Source: a virus
Length of the DNA stretch: 64,000 nucleotides
Virus record (IMG/VR): IMGVR_UViG_2509276021_000001
Span: 422 to 64,421 of that record
Direction: 5' to 3' (one strand)
Shown here: piece by piece, positions 1 through 9,594 of the stretch
Numbering within the stretch: the stretch's first letter is position 1
Layout: each line of letters begins with the position of its first letter
Position numbers and translations under genes: made by a program
The notes under the pieces: model-generated
What the model saw: the letters and a program-made list of their open reading frames with translations, nothing else
The model's database searches: none
Told to the model about the DNA's origin: nothing

Positions 1-2
1 AG

Positions 3-353
3 ATCCCCGAGCAGGCCAACAAATATCCGGGACAGCTTTCCGGCGGCCAGCAGCAGCGCGTAGCGATCGCCCGCTCGCTGTGCATGAACCCGAAGATCAT
101 GCTGTTCGACGAGCCGACCTCGGCGCTCGATCCCGAGATGATCAAGGAAGTGCTCGACACGATGGTGGGTCTCGCCGAAGAAGGCATGACCATGCTCTGC
201 GTCACCCATGAAATGGGCTTTGCCCGCCAGGTCGCCAACCGCGTCATCTTCATGGACCAGGGCCAGATCGTCGAGCAGAATTCGCCGGCCGAGTTCTTCG
301 ACAATCCGCAGCACGAACGCACCAAGCTGTTCCTCAGCCAGATTCTGCATTAG
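3..353 (+). CDS. aapP: Amino-acid ABC transporter ATP-binding subunit, 5'-truncated by the window edge
   Basis: Frame reads [45 protein letters not shown]...VTHEMGFA: ABC signature, Walker B, D-loop and H-loop of polar amino-acid transporters; C-terminus typical of rhizobial AapP. Confidence 0.88.
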   Translation: MPEQANKYPGQLSGGQQQRVAIARSLCMNPKIMLFDEPTSALDPEMIKEVLDTMVGLAEEGMTMLCVTHEMGFARQVANRVIFMDQGQIVEQNSPAEFFDNPQHERTKLFLSQILH

Positions 354-391
354 GCCAGATCCTGCATAGGCTTGGGAGCTGAAGCTATTTG

Positions 392-426
392 AGACCCGCC
401 GCGCCTTCCGGTTCGGCGGGTCTTTC
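392..426. terminator. Intrinsic terminator hairpin between convergent genes
   Basis: AGACCCGCCG...CGGCGGGTCT inverted repeat followed by TTT. Confidence 0.6.
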
Positions 427-430
427 ACGT

Positions 431-1003
431 TCAGCGCGAGGCTGACGCCTGCAGCAGGCTGCAGAGACCGGCAAGGCCGGAATCAGAACCACCTGAGGCC
501 GAGCCGCCAGGCGATGAGATATCAACGCAACGGACAAGCATCTTGCGTTGCTCATTGACCGGCCTCGACCGGAAGTCGTCCAGGATGCGGGCCTGGGATG
601 CGCTGAGGTTACCCTCAGTCGCGGATTTGTTGCTGCCCCCTGCCCCGCCGATGGCGAGATTGGCATCGACGCCGCTGCCGCGTCTGACCGAGGCCGTGGC
701 GTCGGTATCAAGCCCACCGGTGCTGCCGATGCGTGCATTGAGATCGGCATCAACGCCCCGCCCGCCGCCGGCATTGGCGGTCGCATTGGTGTTGACGCCG
801 CTCGAACCGCCGACGGAAGCATTGGCATCGGCGCTAATGCCACTGCCGCCGCCAAGCGATGCCCCGACATCGGCGCTGGCGGCATTGCCGGCATTTACCG
901 ATACGCCGACATCGATGGCATGTGCATCGCTTGCCGTCATGGCAAACAGGGCGCAGGTGGATACGAGCACCGCTATGGATAGTCTATTGTGATTATGGGT
1001 CAT
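431..1003 (-). CDS. Exported Gly/Ala/Ser-rich hypothetical protein (190 aa)
   Basis: Start moved to ATG 1003 (GGAGGAAAAC RBS); signal peptide ending AHA; repeated V/I-D-A-x-A/G beta-type motifs. Confidence 0.7.
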   Translation of the reverse strand: MTHNHNRLSIAVLVSTCALFAMTASDAHAIDVGVSVNAGNAASADVGASLGGGSGISADANASVGGSSGVNTNATANAGGGRGVDADLNARIGSTGGLDTDATASVRRGSGVDANLAIGGAGGSNKSATEGNLSASQARILDDFRSRPVNEQRKMLVRCVDISSPGGSASGGSDSGLAGLCSLLQASASR

Positions 1004-1504
1004 GTTTTCCTCCGTTTCCATTCGCCGGGCGATCTGCCCGGCAATCGAAAATCGAGGAACGCGCGTGCCTTCGATCGTCTGGACGCCTGCAACCTGCAGG
1101 ACATCCATTGCAAGGCAACGTGAAAAGATGACGAATGTTTCACAACCCGGCGCGGCAAGTCGGCTTCGTGGCGTGCAATGATCTTTCAGGGTTATTGAAA
1201 TGCGAATTACCGACCCGACTGTGCCGAAAGCGAACATGGCTTGCCGTCACTGGAACGCCGGCTGAGTATTTCCTTCCGAACTGCGTCGGGGATCTTCAGT
1301 GCGGCAAGCAAAAACGCAGTTGTCGATGCGATTGACGGCGATTGAACCTTAGGCAGTTTTGCAGATCGCCTGCGCCTTGCCTTGGAACTGGCTTCTCCAT
1401 CACTGATTGAGATAGCGAAAAATAACGCCCTTCCGTTCTGGATATATCAGGCAAGAAGTCCATGTTTCAGCATGTTCTCATCTAATGGAACTGGAGGTCC
1501 AAGA

Positions 1505-1945
1505 ATGGGCATTTTCGACAAGATCAAACATGCAATCTTCGGGGAAGCAAAAGCAGCCGAACCCGTTGCATCAGGCGCGCCGAAGGCGCCGCCCGCCCCG
1601 GCTCCCGTCTCGCCCTCGGCGGCGCCCAGTCCGGCACCGACCGCCTCTCCCGCTCAAAGCAAGCCGGCCACGGCCCCGGCCGCAGCAAATGTCGATATCG
1701 TCCCGATCCTCGACGCGGCGGTGAAAAAGAGCGGCCGGAAACTCGATTGGCGCCACTCGATCGTGGATTTGATGAAAGCGGTCGGGATGGATGCGAGCAT
1801 GGCTGAGCGCAAGGAGCTCGCCTCTGAACTCGGCTATACCGGCGACACCGGTGATTCCGCCAAAATGAATATGTGGCTGCACAAGGCACTGATGAAACGC
1901 CTGTCGGAAAATGGCGGCAAAGTACCCGCCGATCTCCTGGATTGA
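1505..1945 (+). CDS. DUF3597-family protein
   Basis: MGIFDKIKHAIFG start after GGAGG; Pro/Ala linker; C-terminal LDWRHSIVDLMKA...ERKELASELGY...SAKMNMWLHK motif. Confidence 0.85.
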   Translation: MGIFDKIKHAIFGEAKAAEPVASGAPKAPPAPAPVSPSAAPSPAPTASPAQSKPATAPAAANVDIVPILDAAVKKSGRKLDWRHSIVDLMKAVGMDASMAERKELASELGYTGDTGDSAKMNMWLHKALMKRLSENGGKVPADLLD

Positions 1946-2116
1946 TCGAAGAGCGCCCGGCGCTTCGCGATAGAGGCTCATCTGTCACGGAGCGTCGGCA
2001 ATCCAGGGCATGCGCCGCTCAGACCGCAGGCAACAAGTCCCCTTGCCCGCAGACGCTGGAACCAATATCGTTCCGCTCGATTACTTCGATAATCGATCAC
2101 GGGAGAAAGAAATCCA

Positions 2117-2428
2117 ATGAGATTGATGGCAGTCGTTGGCGTTGCGCTTAGCTTGGGCTGTATTTCGGCCGCGGAATCTCCTTCAAACTATCAATCCTAC
2201 AGCGGCATCCGGGTCGATACCGACCCGGTCCTCCTGGCTCGATACGACAAATCGCTGCGGTGGTGCGTGCCGGAGGCGGGCTCCTGGCGACGCGGCTCGC
2301 CGGATCCGCAAAGCCTGCATTACAATGCGGCGCTCAGAAACTGCCTCTACAGACACGGCTTCGTCGATAGAGGCGTCTACGCCTACCCGATCCCCGAGGT
2401 CTACTTCGAGCATTTCCTCGATCGCTAA
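2117..2428 (+). CDS. Small exported hypothetical protein
   Basis: GGGAG RBS, hydrophobic N-terminus, two Cys (WC, NCL). Confidence 0.65.
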   Translation: MRLMAVVGVALSLGCISAAESPSNYQSYSGIRVDTDPVLLARYDKSLRWCVPEAGSWRRGSPDPQSLHYNAALRNCLYRHGFVDRGVYAYPIPEVYFEHFLDR

Positions 2429-2476
2429 GAAGATCCGAGCAGCGCAGATCCGTCATGGACCTTCAAGGTAAAACAT

Positions 2477-2504
2477 CGGCCCGCCGTGTTGGCGGGCCGT
2501 TTCC
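2477..2504. terminator. Hairpin between convergent genes
   Basis: CGGCCCGCC-GTGTT-GGCGGGCCG followed by TTT. Confidence 0.5.
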
Positions 2505-2549
2505 GCTGCGACTGCCCACATGTCAGCAAGTTCCTCTCGAGCCGCGGCT

Positions 2550-2945
2550 TCAGCCGACCGTCGAGACCGCATGAACTTTCATATCATCGCGAACTTCGTA
2601 GAACTTGTCGCCGTCGATATAGATCGAATGGCAGCTCGGTTTTTCGCCCTTGCCATTGGAGCAAGCTTTATCGCCCTTGAATGTGAGTTTGGTTTTCACG
2701 TCGATCGTTTTGCCGCCGACATCAGCCTTACCGGTGATCGTGCCCTTCTTCCAGTTCCAGACCAGATCGGCGGTCACGGGCTTGTCCAGATCAACGATCT
2801 CCACCTTCACATGCTTGCCATCAGCAAATGCTTTAAACTCTTCCATCGTGACCTTCTTGGCGCCGGCCGGAAGATCGACGGCATAGGTGTTCACAGCCGA
2901 CAGCATGAAGGCCGCAGCGCCGACGCTGGATAGGATGGTTCTCAT
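2550..2945 (-). CDS. Exported hypothetical protein
   Basis: GAGG RBS, signal peptide ending TYA, beta-rich mature part, host-like codon usage. Confidence 0.75.
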   Translation of the reverse strand: MRTILSSVGAAAFMLSAVNTYAVDLPAGAKKVTMEEFKAFADGKHVKVEIVDLDKPVTADLVWNWKKGTITGKADVGGKTIDVKTKLTFKGDKACSNGKGEKPSCHSIYIDGDKFYEVRDDMKVHAVSTVG

Positions 2946-3166
2946 GTTCCGCCTCCTCAGGATTGGCGGCCAAATTACAACCCGTCGGGCGAAACAACAT
3001 CCCGCCTATTGTGATTAGGGCAGTATACTGCAGGCTGAACTGTCAAAATGCAGCAATTTTTCTTCTGGGCGACATCGCAATTTTTGCGCGTGGTCTTTCC
3101 TGCATCACACGAATCGAAATAAACACCAGAAACCGACCATCGGATATTTAAAGGAATAAGATAACA

Positions 3167-3499
3167 ATGCCTACTCGCACCATAATAGTATTGATTGCCA
3201 TGGCCTTGCTCGCTGCCTGCGTACCGACTCGCCAGGAATATGATTCCTTCGTTACTTTGACGCAGGGGAGTGCAAGAGCGAGAAATGAGGCTGTCAATAT
3301 TTGCGTGAAGAGCTTCGATGCAAATGCGCGCCGCAACGCTGGCATCGTGACAAACGCTTCGGACAAAGACGCTCCGCGCGTTGCCTGCAATCGGCTTCTA
3401 GCGGCGATGATTTCCGGTCGCGCCACCTACGATGATTTCGTTGCCATCAAAAGCCACAAGTTCACACCGAAGCTGATCAAGATTTTCCAAGGGCGTTAA
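3167..3499 (+). CDS. Putative lipoprotein
   Basis: Lipobox LLAAC after hydrophobic N-terminus; AAGGA RBS. Confidence 0.7.
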   Translation: MPTRTIIVLIAMALLAACVPTRQEYDSFVTLTQGSARARNEAVNICVKSFDANARRNAGIVTNASDKDAPRVACNRLLAAMISGRATYDDFVAIKSHKFTPKLIKIFQGR

Positions 3500-4261
3500 A
3501 CTGGATCAAGCGACGGCTTGCGGTCCCGACCCTCGCAAGCCGTCAATGGCCCGCTCGAAACGCGGTTGTCATTCAAACCTTAGGCACGGTTCATTACCGT
3601 TGTCGTATCGACGACAGCTTTGGCAAAGCCGATGTTTCAGTAACGGCTGACATTGCAATAGCCGTCGGAGCAAGCTCGATGTCATAGAGCGGGACTTCGC
3701 CGGAGTGTAGACGCGCTTCTTGCGGCATGCCTGCAGCGGCGTTCCGAGTACCTGAACGCTGCATCGGGATCAGAAAACGAGAGCTTTGCCTGATCGCCGA
3801 TCCGTTTGATGGGGGGCTTATTGTGAAGTCCGAAGTGCAGGCGATTCGACGGTCTTGCCTCCCCCAACCATCTCGATCAGCCCCCATTTTTAGGGCGATT
3901 CTGCTCAAAAATTGCTAAATTCAGAAAAAAATGTCGATTCCGCCTTTGGCGAGAGGAATCCAGTCACGCCGTCAAGTTTTTCTAATGTTTTCAATAGACG
4001 CATTTCGCTATAGTTGCAGAAAGAATAATTCGCGAAATGCGAGACATTTATACTGCCTCAATTTGGGCGACTCGAAATTCTACAAATATTTCAAAACGTA
4101 ACATCGAGGTGATTGGGATAATGTGGCAGCAATATGGCTATGTTTCTCAAGTACTTACCGTTGCGTTGCTGTTGCGCCCTCCAAAATGTCGCCCTATAAC
4201 CCCCCGCCGTAAGACATGATTAACCTAAAATATTAACGGGCAGGGGTTGAGGAACAAGACA

Positions 4262-6304
4262 ATGACAACATACTACGTAGCGACGACTGGCAGCAGCAGC
4301 GGTAACGGCAGTGCCTCCTCGCCTTTCCGCACGATCGGTGACGCGATGGCGTCGAACCTTAAGCCCGGCGACGAGGTCGTGGTGAAAGCGGGGACCTACA
4401 ACGAGTCCATCAACATCGACAAGGACGGCTCAGCGGCAGGCAACATCACGCTGCGCTCGGAAGTGCCCGGGGGGGCGCTGATCCGGCCGCCAGCGGGCTC
4501 ATACACCGGGATCAGTGTCAACGGCAACTACGTGGTCATCGACGGCTTTGACATCAAGGGCGGCACTGGCGACGGCATTGAAGCGAACAACGTCCACCAC
4601 ATCCAGATCCTCAACAATACTGTCCACGACAGCGGCGAGTCGGGCATTCAGTTCAACCAATCGGATTTCATCCGGGTCGAAGGGAACGAGACGTACAATA
4701 ACGCGTCGTCCGGCTGGTACTCGGGCATCTCGATCTACGAGAACCGGAACATTACCGGCGATACCTCGACGGACGGCTACCGGACGATCGTGCGGAACAA
4801 TATCTCACACGACAACGTCACGAAGGCGGGTGCACACACCGATGGCAATGGCATCATCATCGACGATTTCCAGAGCACGCAGTCGAGCGGTCATCCGAAC
4901 TACACATTCAAGACCCTGGTTGAGAACAACCTCGTCTACGAGAACGGTGGCAAGGGCATTCAGGTTACCTGGAGCGACTCTGTCACGGTGAAAAACAACA
5001 CCGCATACCACAACAATCAGGACAACGCGAACACCGGCACCTGGCGCGGCGAGCTCAGCAACTCCGCGTCGAACAACAACACCTGGGTCAACAACGTCGC
5101 CGTAGCGGACCCATCGGTGAACAAGAACAACACTGCGATCGATAACACGTCTACCAGTGGCGCCAACAGCAACGTCGTCTGGGCCAACAACATCACCTAC
5201 AACGGCACGGCCGGCCAGGCATCGGTCAAGACCGACGGCGGCAACGCGATGCCCAGCACGGCGAACGGCAATAAGCTCGGCGTCGACCCGACATTCGCGG
5301 GGGCAGCGAGCGACAACTTCCACCTCGGCTCCGGCTCGTCGGCGATCGACAGCGGAACCAGCAAATACGGTGTCGCATCGGTCGATCTGGACGGCCACGC
5401 TCGCGTCGTTGGAACTGTCGATATCGGTGCCTACGAATCGGGCTCCAGCTCGACCCCGGGAACGCCAACCACGCCGACAACGCCGACAACGCCGACGCAA
5501 CCGACAACGCCAACAACGCCAACCACCCCGACGCAACCGACAACGCCAACCGCGCCGACAAAGGAATTCGTCGGCACCAATGGCAACGATATCCTGCCAC
5601 ACACCGGTCAGTCGAACGGCGGCAACGAAACCTTCAAGGGTCTCGGTGGTAGTGATGTGTTGAAGGGCGGGGCCGGCGCGGACGCGCTCGACGGCGGTAC
5701 TGGCAACGACACCGCCAGCTATGCGGGCTCCGGCGCGGTCAACGTCAACTTGGCGACTAAGGTCGCATCGGGCGGCGAGGCGACCGGCGACAAGATCGCC
5801 AGTATCGAAAACTTGACCGGCTCAAGCTACAACGACGTACTGACCGGCGGCAACGGCGGCGGCAACGTTCTCACTGGCGGGGCTGGCGCGGACAAGCTGG
5901 ACGGCGGCGCCGGCAATGATGTCCTCATTGGTGGTGCCGGAAAGGACATTATGACCGGTGGCACCGGCGAGGATAAGTTTATCTTGAAAGCACCGACGGA
6001 AACCGGGTCCGGCTTGAACCGAGACGTCATCACCGACTTCCAGCACGGCATCGATAAGATCGACCTCTCGGCGATCGATGCGAATGGCTCTGCGGCGGGC
6101 AATGGAACCTTCCATTTTCAGGCACAGGAGAATGCCCTGTTCGACCACAAGGCTGGCGCGCTCGCTTGGCACTATGACGACCAGTCCGGAACCGCGAACG
6201 ATGTTACCGTTATCCAGGCCGACACGAACGGCGACGGTGTTCATGACTTCGAGGTTCAGCTGAAGGGCTTGGTCCACTTGGGGGCAGGCGATTTTCTCCT
6301 GTAA
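4262..6304 (+). CDS. Type I-secreted RTX Ca2+-binding protein with N-terminal right-handed parallel beta-helix, PT linker and serralysin-type C-terminal tail
   Basis: YYVATTGS..GNGSASSPFRTI and Asn-ladder repeats (beta-helix); GGxGxD nonapeptides; DVITDFQHGIDKIDLSAIDAN and DTNGDG..DFEVQL tail; no Sec signal. Start set at ATG 4262 after GAGGA. Confidence 0.88.
   Translation: MTTYYVATTGSSSGNGSASSPFRTIGDAMASNLKPGDEVVVKAGTYNESINIDKDGSAAGNITLRSEVPGGALIRPPAGSYTGISVNGNYVVIDGFDIKGGTGDGIEANNVHHIQILNNTVHDSGESGIQFNQSDFIRVEGNETYNNASSGWYSGISIYENRNITGDTSTDGYRTIVRNNISHDNVTKAGAHTDGNGIIIDDFQSTQSSGHPNYTFKTLVENNLVYENGGKGIQVTWSDSVTVKNNTAYHNNQDNANTGTWRGELSNSASNNNTWVNNVAVADPSVNKNNTAIDNTSTSGANSNVVWANNITYNGTAGQASVKTDGGNAMPSTANGNKLGVDPTFAGAASDNFHLGSGSSAIDSGTSKYGVASVDLDGHARVVGTVDIGAYESGSSSTPGTPTTPTTPTTPTQPTTPTTPTTPTQPTTPTAPTKEFVGTNGNDILPHTGQSNGGNETFKGLGGSDVLKGGAGADALDGGTGNDTASYAGSGAVNVNLATKVASGGEATGDKIASIENLTGSSYNDVLTGGNGGGNVLTGGAGADKLDGGAGNDVLIGGAGKDIMTGGTGEDKFILKAPTETGSGLNRDVITDFQHGIDKIDLSAIDANGSAAGNGTFHFQAQENALFDHKAGALAWHYDDQSGTANDVTVIQADTNGDGVHDFEVQLKGLVHLGAGDFLL
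5462..5560 (+). repeat. 9-bp degenerate tandem repeat encoding a (PTT)n linker
   Basis: ACGCCGACA-type units giving TPTTPTTPTTPTQPTTPTTPTTPTQPTTPTAPT. Confidence 0.9.
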
Positions 6305-6449
6305 TTGTCCCCGTTGTGGCGGTCGTCCGATCGCCACAACCATCGTGCTGATATCCGAGCGCCGATCAGGCGTTCGGACACCAAGGTCTCCGTCATCGTC
6401 GACGGAAGGTTGCTGGTGACTAACGTGGCACTCATGCATAAAACAAAGC

Positions 6450-6491
6450 TAAAGCGCGTCGCATCAATCAAGTTTGATGCGACGCGCTTTA
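6450..6491. repeat. 18-bp perfect palindrome, RIME-like rhizobial intergenic element
   Basis: TAAAGCGCGTCGCATCAA-TCAAGT-TTGATGCGACGCGCTTTA; resembles the repeated intergenic palindromes of Sinorhizobium (recalled, not searched). Confidence 0.7.
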
Positions 6492-6591
6492 TCTGTCTGT
6501 CATCCGTTTCCGGACGCAGTTGGCCGGCACCACGCCCGACAATGCGGGCCATGATGCGGCTGTCAAAGATGCAAGATATCGGGATATTGAA

Positions 6592-6638
6592 TGGTCGGAG
6601 TGGAGAGATTCGAACTCCCGACCCTCTGGTCCCAAACC
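6592..6638 (-). pseudogene. 3' fragment of tRNA-Pro(TGG), the prophage attachment-site core
   Basis: Minus strand GGTTTGGGACCAGAGGGTCGGGAGTTCGAATCTCTCCACTCCGACCA contains the anticodon loop, T-arm and CCA end; sequence 5' of it has no D-arm or acceptor 5' strand. Confidence 0.88.
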
Positions 6639-6765
6639 GGCGCGGAGAGCGGCGGCTGGGACCGCCTTCCCAGTAAAAGGGGGAAAAACGGTGAAGAACA
6701 TACGAGAACGGGTGGAGAACATTGGAAAGCTCCTCCCACGTTGCTCTCACAAAACGCGCACATCG

Positions 6766-6789
6766 AGGGGCGGTTTTTCCGCCCCTTTT
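6766..6789 (+). terminator. Terminator-like hairpin just inside att
   Basis: AGGGGCGG-TTTTT-CCGCCCCT followed by TTT; U-tract on the plus strand only. Confidence 0.55.
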
Positions 6790-6792
6790 CTA

Positions 6793-8151
6793 TCACTGCG
6801 CTGGGGGGCTTTGTCCGTCGACGAACAAAGATGCAATCCTCGAGAGGGCAATATTTCGATAGGTTGTAAGCTCGTACTTAGCGATTAACTCGTCGAGCTT
6901 GCCGTTGTCTATTGGGTTTTTTGCATAGAGCTCGTAGAGGAAGTTCGGCAATTCGTGACTCCCCTTGAGATCCGACCCGCCTCCAGATGCTGCGCGAAAA
7001 ATGTCGTCGATTTGTTCGGGTGACATGAACTGGGCCAGAGGTATTGCGCAAATTCGAGCTACAGCATTTGCGTCGGTCCAATTTGGACATTCGCAATAGA
7101 GAGCAACGGCACGAGCGAGAACCTCAGGAGGTGGCGGAAGGAATTGGCGCTGCATTTGCGCAGCCGTGAGTGATGATACTTTAGCCAACGCTTGCGCCCT
7201 CAGCCCGGAAATTTGAAGTGCAAGCGAAACCAGATTGGATGTGTACTCATCGTTGAGCTGCATTAGCCAAGCGGACAACGTAGCCAGTGAAACGGAGTCG
7301 ACCGAATTTCCGATGTCGGGAAAACGGACAGCCAAGTATGCGCCAAGATGAACAGAATCCCCATCCGTCCTTTTCAGGAGTTTTAAAACGTTTTCCCGAA
7401 TGCGGGACAGGGCGGGAGCCCTATGCAGGTGGGTGAGCGCTCCAAGGGCGGTCATAGCTGAAAATTGATGGTGAAACTCATGGCTCGGATCTGGCCAACC
7501 AAATGTTATCTCGTCAACCATTCCGTTGATCAGGGGAGTTCTCGCGTTCGCGATCTCGGATCCCTTCAAGCGCTCAATCGCCAACGCCTCGTCCGACGGA
7601 AAGAACTGAGACGTTATCAAGCTTTTCAGGCTCTGGATCGCGGCCCGACCATGTTTCGGGGGCTGCGCAAGAACAAACAATCCCGCGTTTCGAATATGCA
7701 ATCGCGCCAATTCTGGCGAGGGAACGTACGCGCCTCCTGTATCGAGAAAGGTTGGGTGCGCGCATCTGTTCCGATCGTCCCGCAGTCTAACGAGTTCGGT
7801 GTACTCGTGATTGTCCAGAAACTCGAAGTCCCTGTGGAAAAGCTCAATGAGCCCCCGCTCAAATTCCAGGATGTTCTTAATGACCTCCTGATTGCCGGCC
7901 CTAACCTGCTCGTTGAAGTTCTCGATCTTCCCGTATTCCTGCTTGGCCTTTCCATCTCCTAGTTCGGCCATGCTTTTCAGTTTGGCGACCAAATCAAAGC
8001 AGAGGGCAATATATGCGGAGACTATAGCAGCTCTTAAGGCTCCACTTTCATAACAGCGAACGGCCTCGGAAAAATGAGACTTCGACCCAGGGTCCGGGAT
8101 CGCGATCAAAATCTCTTCAAAGTTTGCCAGCACAGAAAAGCCTCGAATCAA
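6793..8151 (-). CDS. HEPN-domain protein with long helical C-terminus; candidate defence RNase
   Basis: EAVRCYESGALRAAIVSAY helix and RNRCAH (Rx4H) motif; atypical codon usage. True start may be GTG at 8133 (GAGG RBS). Confidence 0.7.
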   Translation of the reverse strand: MIRGFSVLANFEEILIAIPDPGSKSHFSEAVRCYESGALRAAIVSAYIALCFDLVAKLKSMAELGDGKAKQEYGKIENFNEQVRAGNQEVIKNILEFERGLIELFHRDFEFLDNHEYTELVRLRDDRNRCAHPTFLDTGGAYVPSPELARLHIRNAGLFVLAQPPKHGRAAIQSLKSLITSQFFPSDEALAIERLKGSEIANARTPLINGMVDEITFGWPDPSHEFHHQFSAMTALGALTHLHRAPALSRIRENVLKLLKRTDGDSVHLGAYLAVRFPDIGNSVDSVSLATLSAWLMQLNDEYTSNLVSLALQISGLRAQALAKVSSLTAAQMQRQFLPPPPEVLARAVALYCECPNWTDANAVARICAIPLAQFMSPEQIDDIFRAASGGGSDLKGSHELPNFLYELYAKNPIDNGKLDELIAKYELTTYRNIALSRIASLFVDGQSPPAQ

Positions 8152-8182
8152 ACTACATCACCGTTTTAGAGAACACGATTCC

Positions 8183-9229
8183 TCAAACCTCATACAGATC
8201 TGAATGGTCTGCGGGATCGCGGAGACCTTTATAAGATGCATGTCGAAGCTTCCCGTCATGGGTCCAGGCTCTGTATTCAATCTCGGCAACCAGCTTCGGA
8301 CGGACGAATACCGCGTTTCGCTTCCGTCCTATGTCGACGGCCGGCTTGCCGACGATCAATTCGTCCATCTGCTGCCGGAGCTCACCCGCGGAACGTTCGT
8401 TGAAGCCGGTTCCAACTCCCCCGACAAACACGAGGTCATTCCCTTTGCGCGCGGCGAGCAGCAGCCGGCCGATGCCCCCGAACGATGCCGTCGACTTCTC
8501 ATACCCGATGATCGCGAAGCCATCGCTCTGGACGCATTTGATCTTTACCCAATCGCCGAGGCGGCCACTGCGATACGGGCTGTTGCGGTCTTTCGCAATG
8601 ATACCTTCGAGCCCGTGCTCGCACGCGATGCGCAGAAGCTTTTCACCGTCCGCATCGATCTCTTCAGAAAGCCGTATGGCTTCCTCCCCGCCCGGCGGCA
8701 CCAGCCCCTCTAGGAGATGGCGCCGGGAGACGAGCTCGGTCCCGGTGATGTCGTGGCCGTCGAAATACAGAAGATCGAACGCCATGAAGATTGCGTCTCT
8801 CGACGTCCTCTTCCCGCCTCGCCCACCAAGGGACTGCTGAAGCATGCCGAAATCAGAACGGCCTTGCGCGTCGAGCACGACGGCTTCGCCATCCAATATA
8901 GCTGTTGAGACAGGAACTCGCTTGGCCTCCGCCAGGATCGCTGGAAAGCGCTCTGTCCAATCATGGCCGCCGCGGGTCAGGATACGAACGCCCGACGGTT
9001 CGATGTGGACGGCCAGCCGGTACCCATCCCACTTCACCTCGAATGTCCATTGCGGCCCTTTCGGCGGCCGCGACTTCAACAGCGCTAGGCATGGCTCGAT
9101 GCGCGCAGGCATGGGGTCAAGAAGGAGTTGGGACTGGGCGGGATCTCGACGGCGGCGAGCGCGGCTGCGAATTGGTGCGTCAACGTCACCGAGCAGCGGC
9201 TGTGAAGGTTTGCGAGGCGGCTTTGTCAT
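8183..9229 (-). CDS. ATP-dependent DNA ligase (LigD ligase domain only)
   Basis: Motif I EVKWDGYR, LDGEAV, AFDLLY, GLEGIIAK, WVKIK and OB-fold VGGVGTGF...LRHASYKGLR; no polymerase or phosphoesterase domain. Confidence 0.92.
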   Translation of the reverse strand: MTKPPRKPSQPLLGDVDAPIRSRARRRRDPAQSQLLLDPMPARIEPCLALLKSRPPKGPQWTFEVKWDGYRLAVHIEPSGVRILTRGGHDWTERFPAILAEAKRVPVSTAILDGEAVVLDAQGRSDFGMLQQSLGGRGGKRTSRDAIFMAFDLLYFDGHDITGTELVSRRHLLEGLVPPGGEEAIRLSEEIDADGEKLLRIACEHGLEGIIAKDRNSPYRSGRLGDWVKIKCVQSDGFAIIGYEKSTASFGGIGRLLLAARKGNDLVFVGGVGTGFNERSAGELRQQMDELIVGKPAVDIGRKRNAVFVRPKLVAEIEYRAWTHDGKLRHASYKGLRDPADHSDLYEV

Positions 9230-9299
9230 GCCGCGAGTTCATCAGCAATGCCTTAAAAAGCAATTGACCAAGATTGATTATTGACTCCCGACATGACGC

Positions 9300-9314
9300 G
9301 AACATAATAAGAAC
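9300..9314. promoter_or_regulatory. Alphaproteobacterial LexA (SOS) box overlapping a sigma70-like promoter
   Basis: GAAC-ATAATAA-GAAC matches GAAC-N7-GAAC; TTGACT at 9281 and CATAAT at 9303. Confidence 0.75.
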
Positions 9315-9363
9315 ATCGGCGAGGCGGCCGCCAATCTGGAAACAACGAATATGGAGCACGGAT

Positions 9364-9594
9364 ATGCGCGAGCAGCCGATCGGCGAAGCCGTGGATAGTG
9401 ACGAGCGGGGTCCAGGCGCGATGAACCGGCGCGAGATTGAAGCCGTCCTCGCCTATCACCATCAGGACGCCCAAGCAGCGATTGGCACACTGCTGGGGGA
9501 CATAAAGCACCTGCGGCGCCAGTTGGCCCTCGCCGAAGGCGTGATGAGCAAAGGCATGGTTCGCGGATGGCTGCCGGATTATGAGCGTCGATGA
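9364..9594 (+). CDS. Small hypothetical protein (76 aa)
   Basis: ATG 9364 after GGAG; helical IEAVLAYH..DAQAAIGTLL motif. Confidence 0.7.
   Translation: MREQPIGEAVDSDERGPGAMNRREIEAVLAYHHQDAQAAIGTLLGDIKHLRRQLALAEGVMSKGMVRGWLPDYERR

Noticed and set aside
4219-4237. CtrA box upstream of the RTX gene (also one near 15000-15020)
   Set aside because: TTAA half-sites are spaced by 9 and 8 nt, not the consensus 7.
6592-6670. Complete tRNA-Pro gene
   Set aside because: Only the anticodon loop to CCA is present; no D-arm or 5' acceptor strand upstream.
6256-6888. ORFs 6256-6750, 6305-6676, 6520-6888 and 6591-6869
   Set aside because: They cross the palindrome, tRNA fragment and att junction, lack RBSs and have no protein-like composition.
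8183-9229. Complete NHEJ system
   Set aside because: Ligase domain only; no Ku, polymerase or phosphoesterase in the window.
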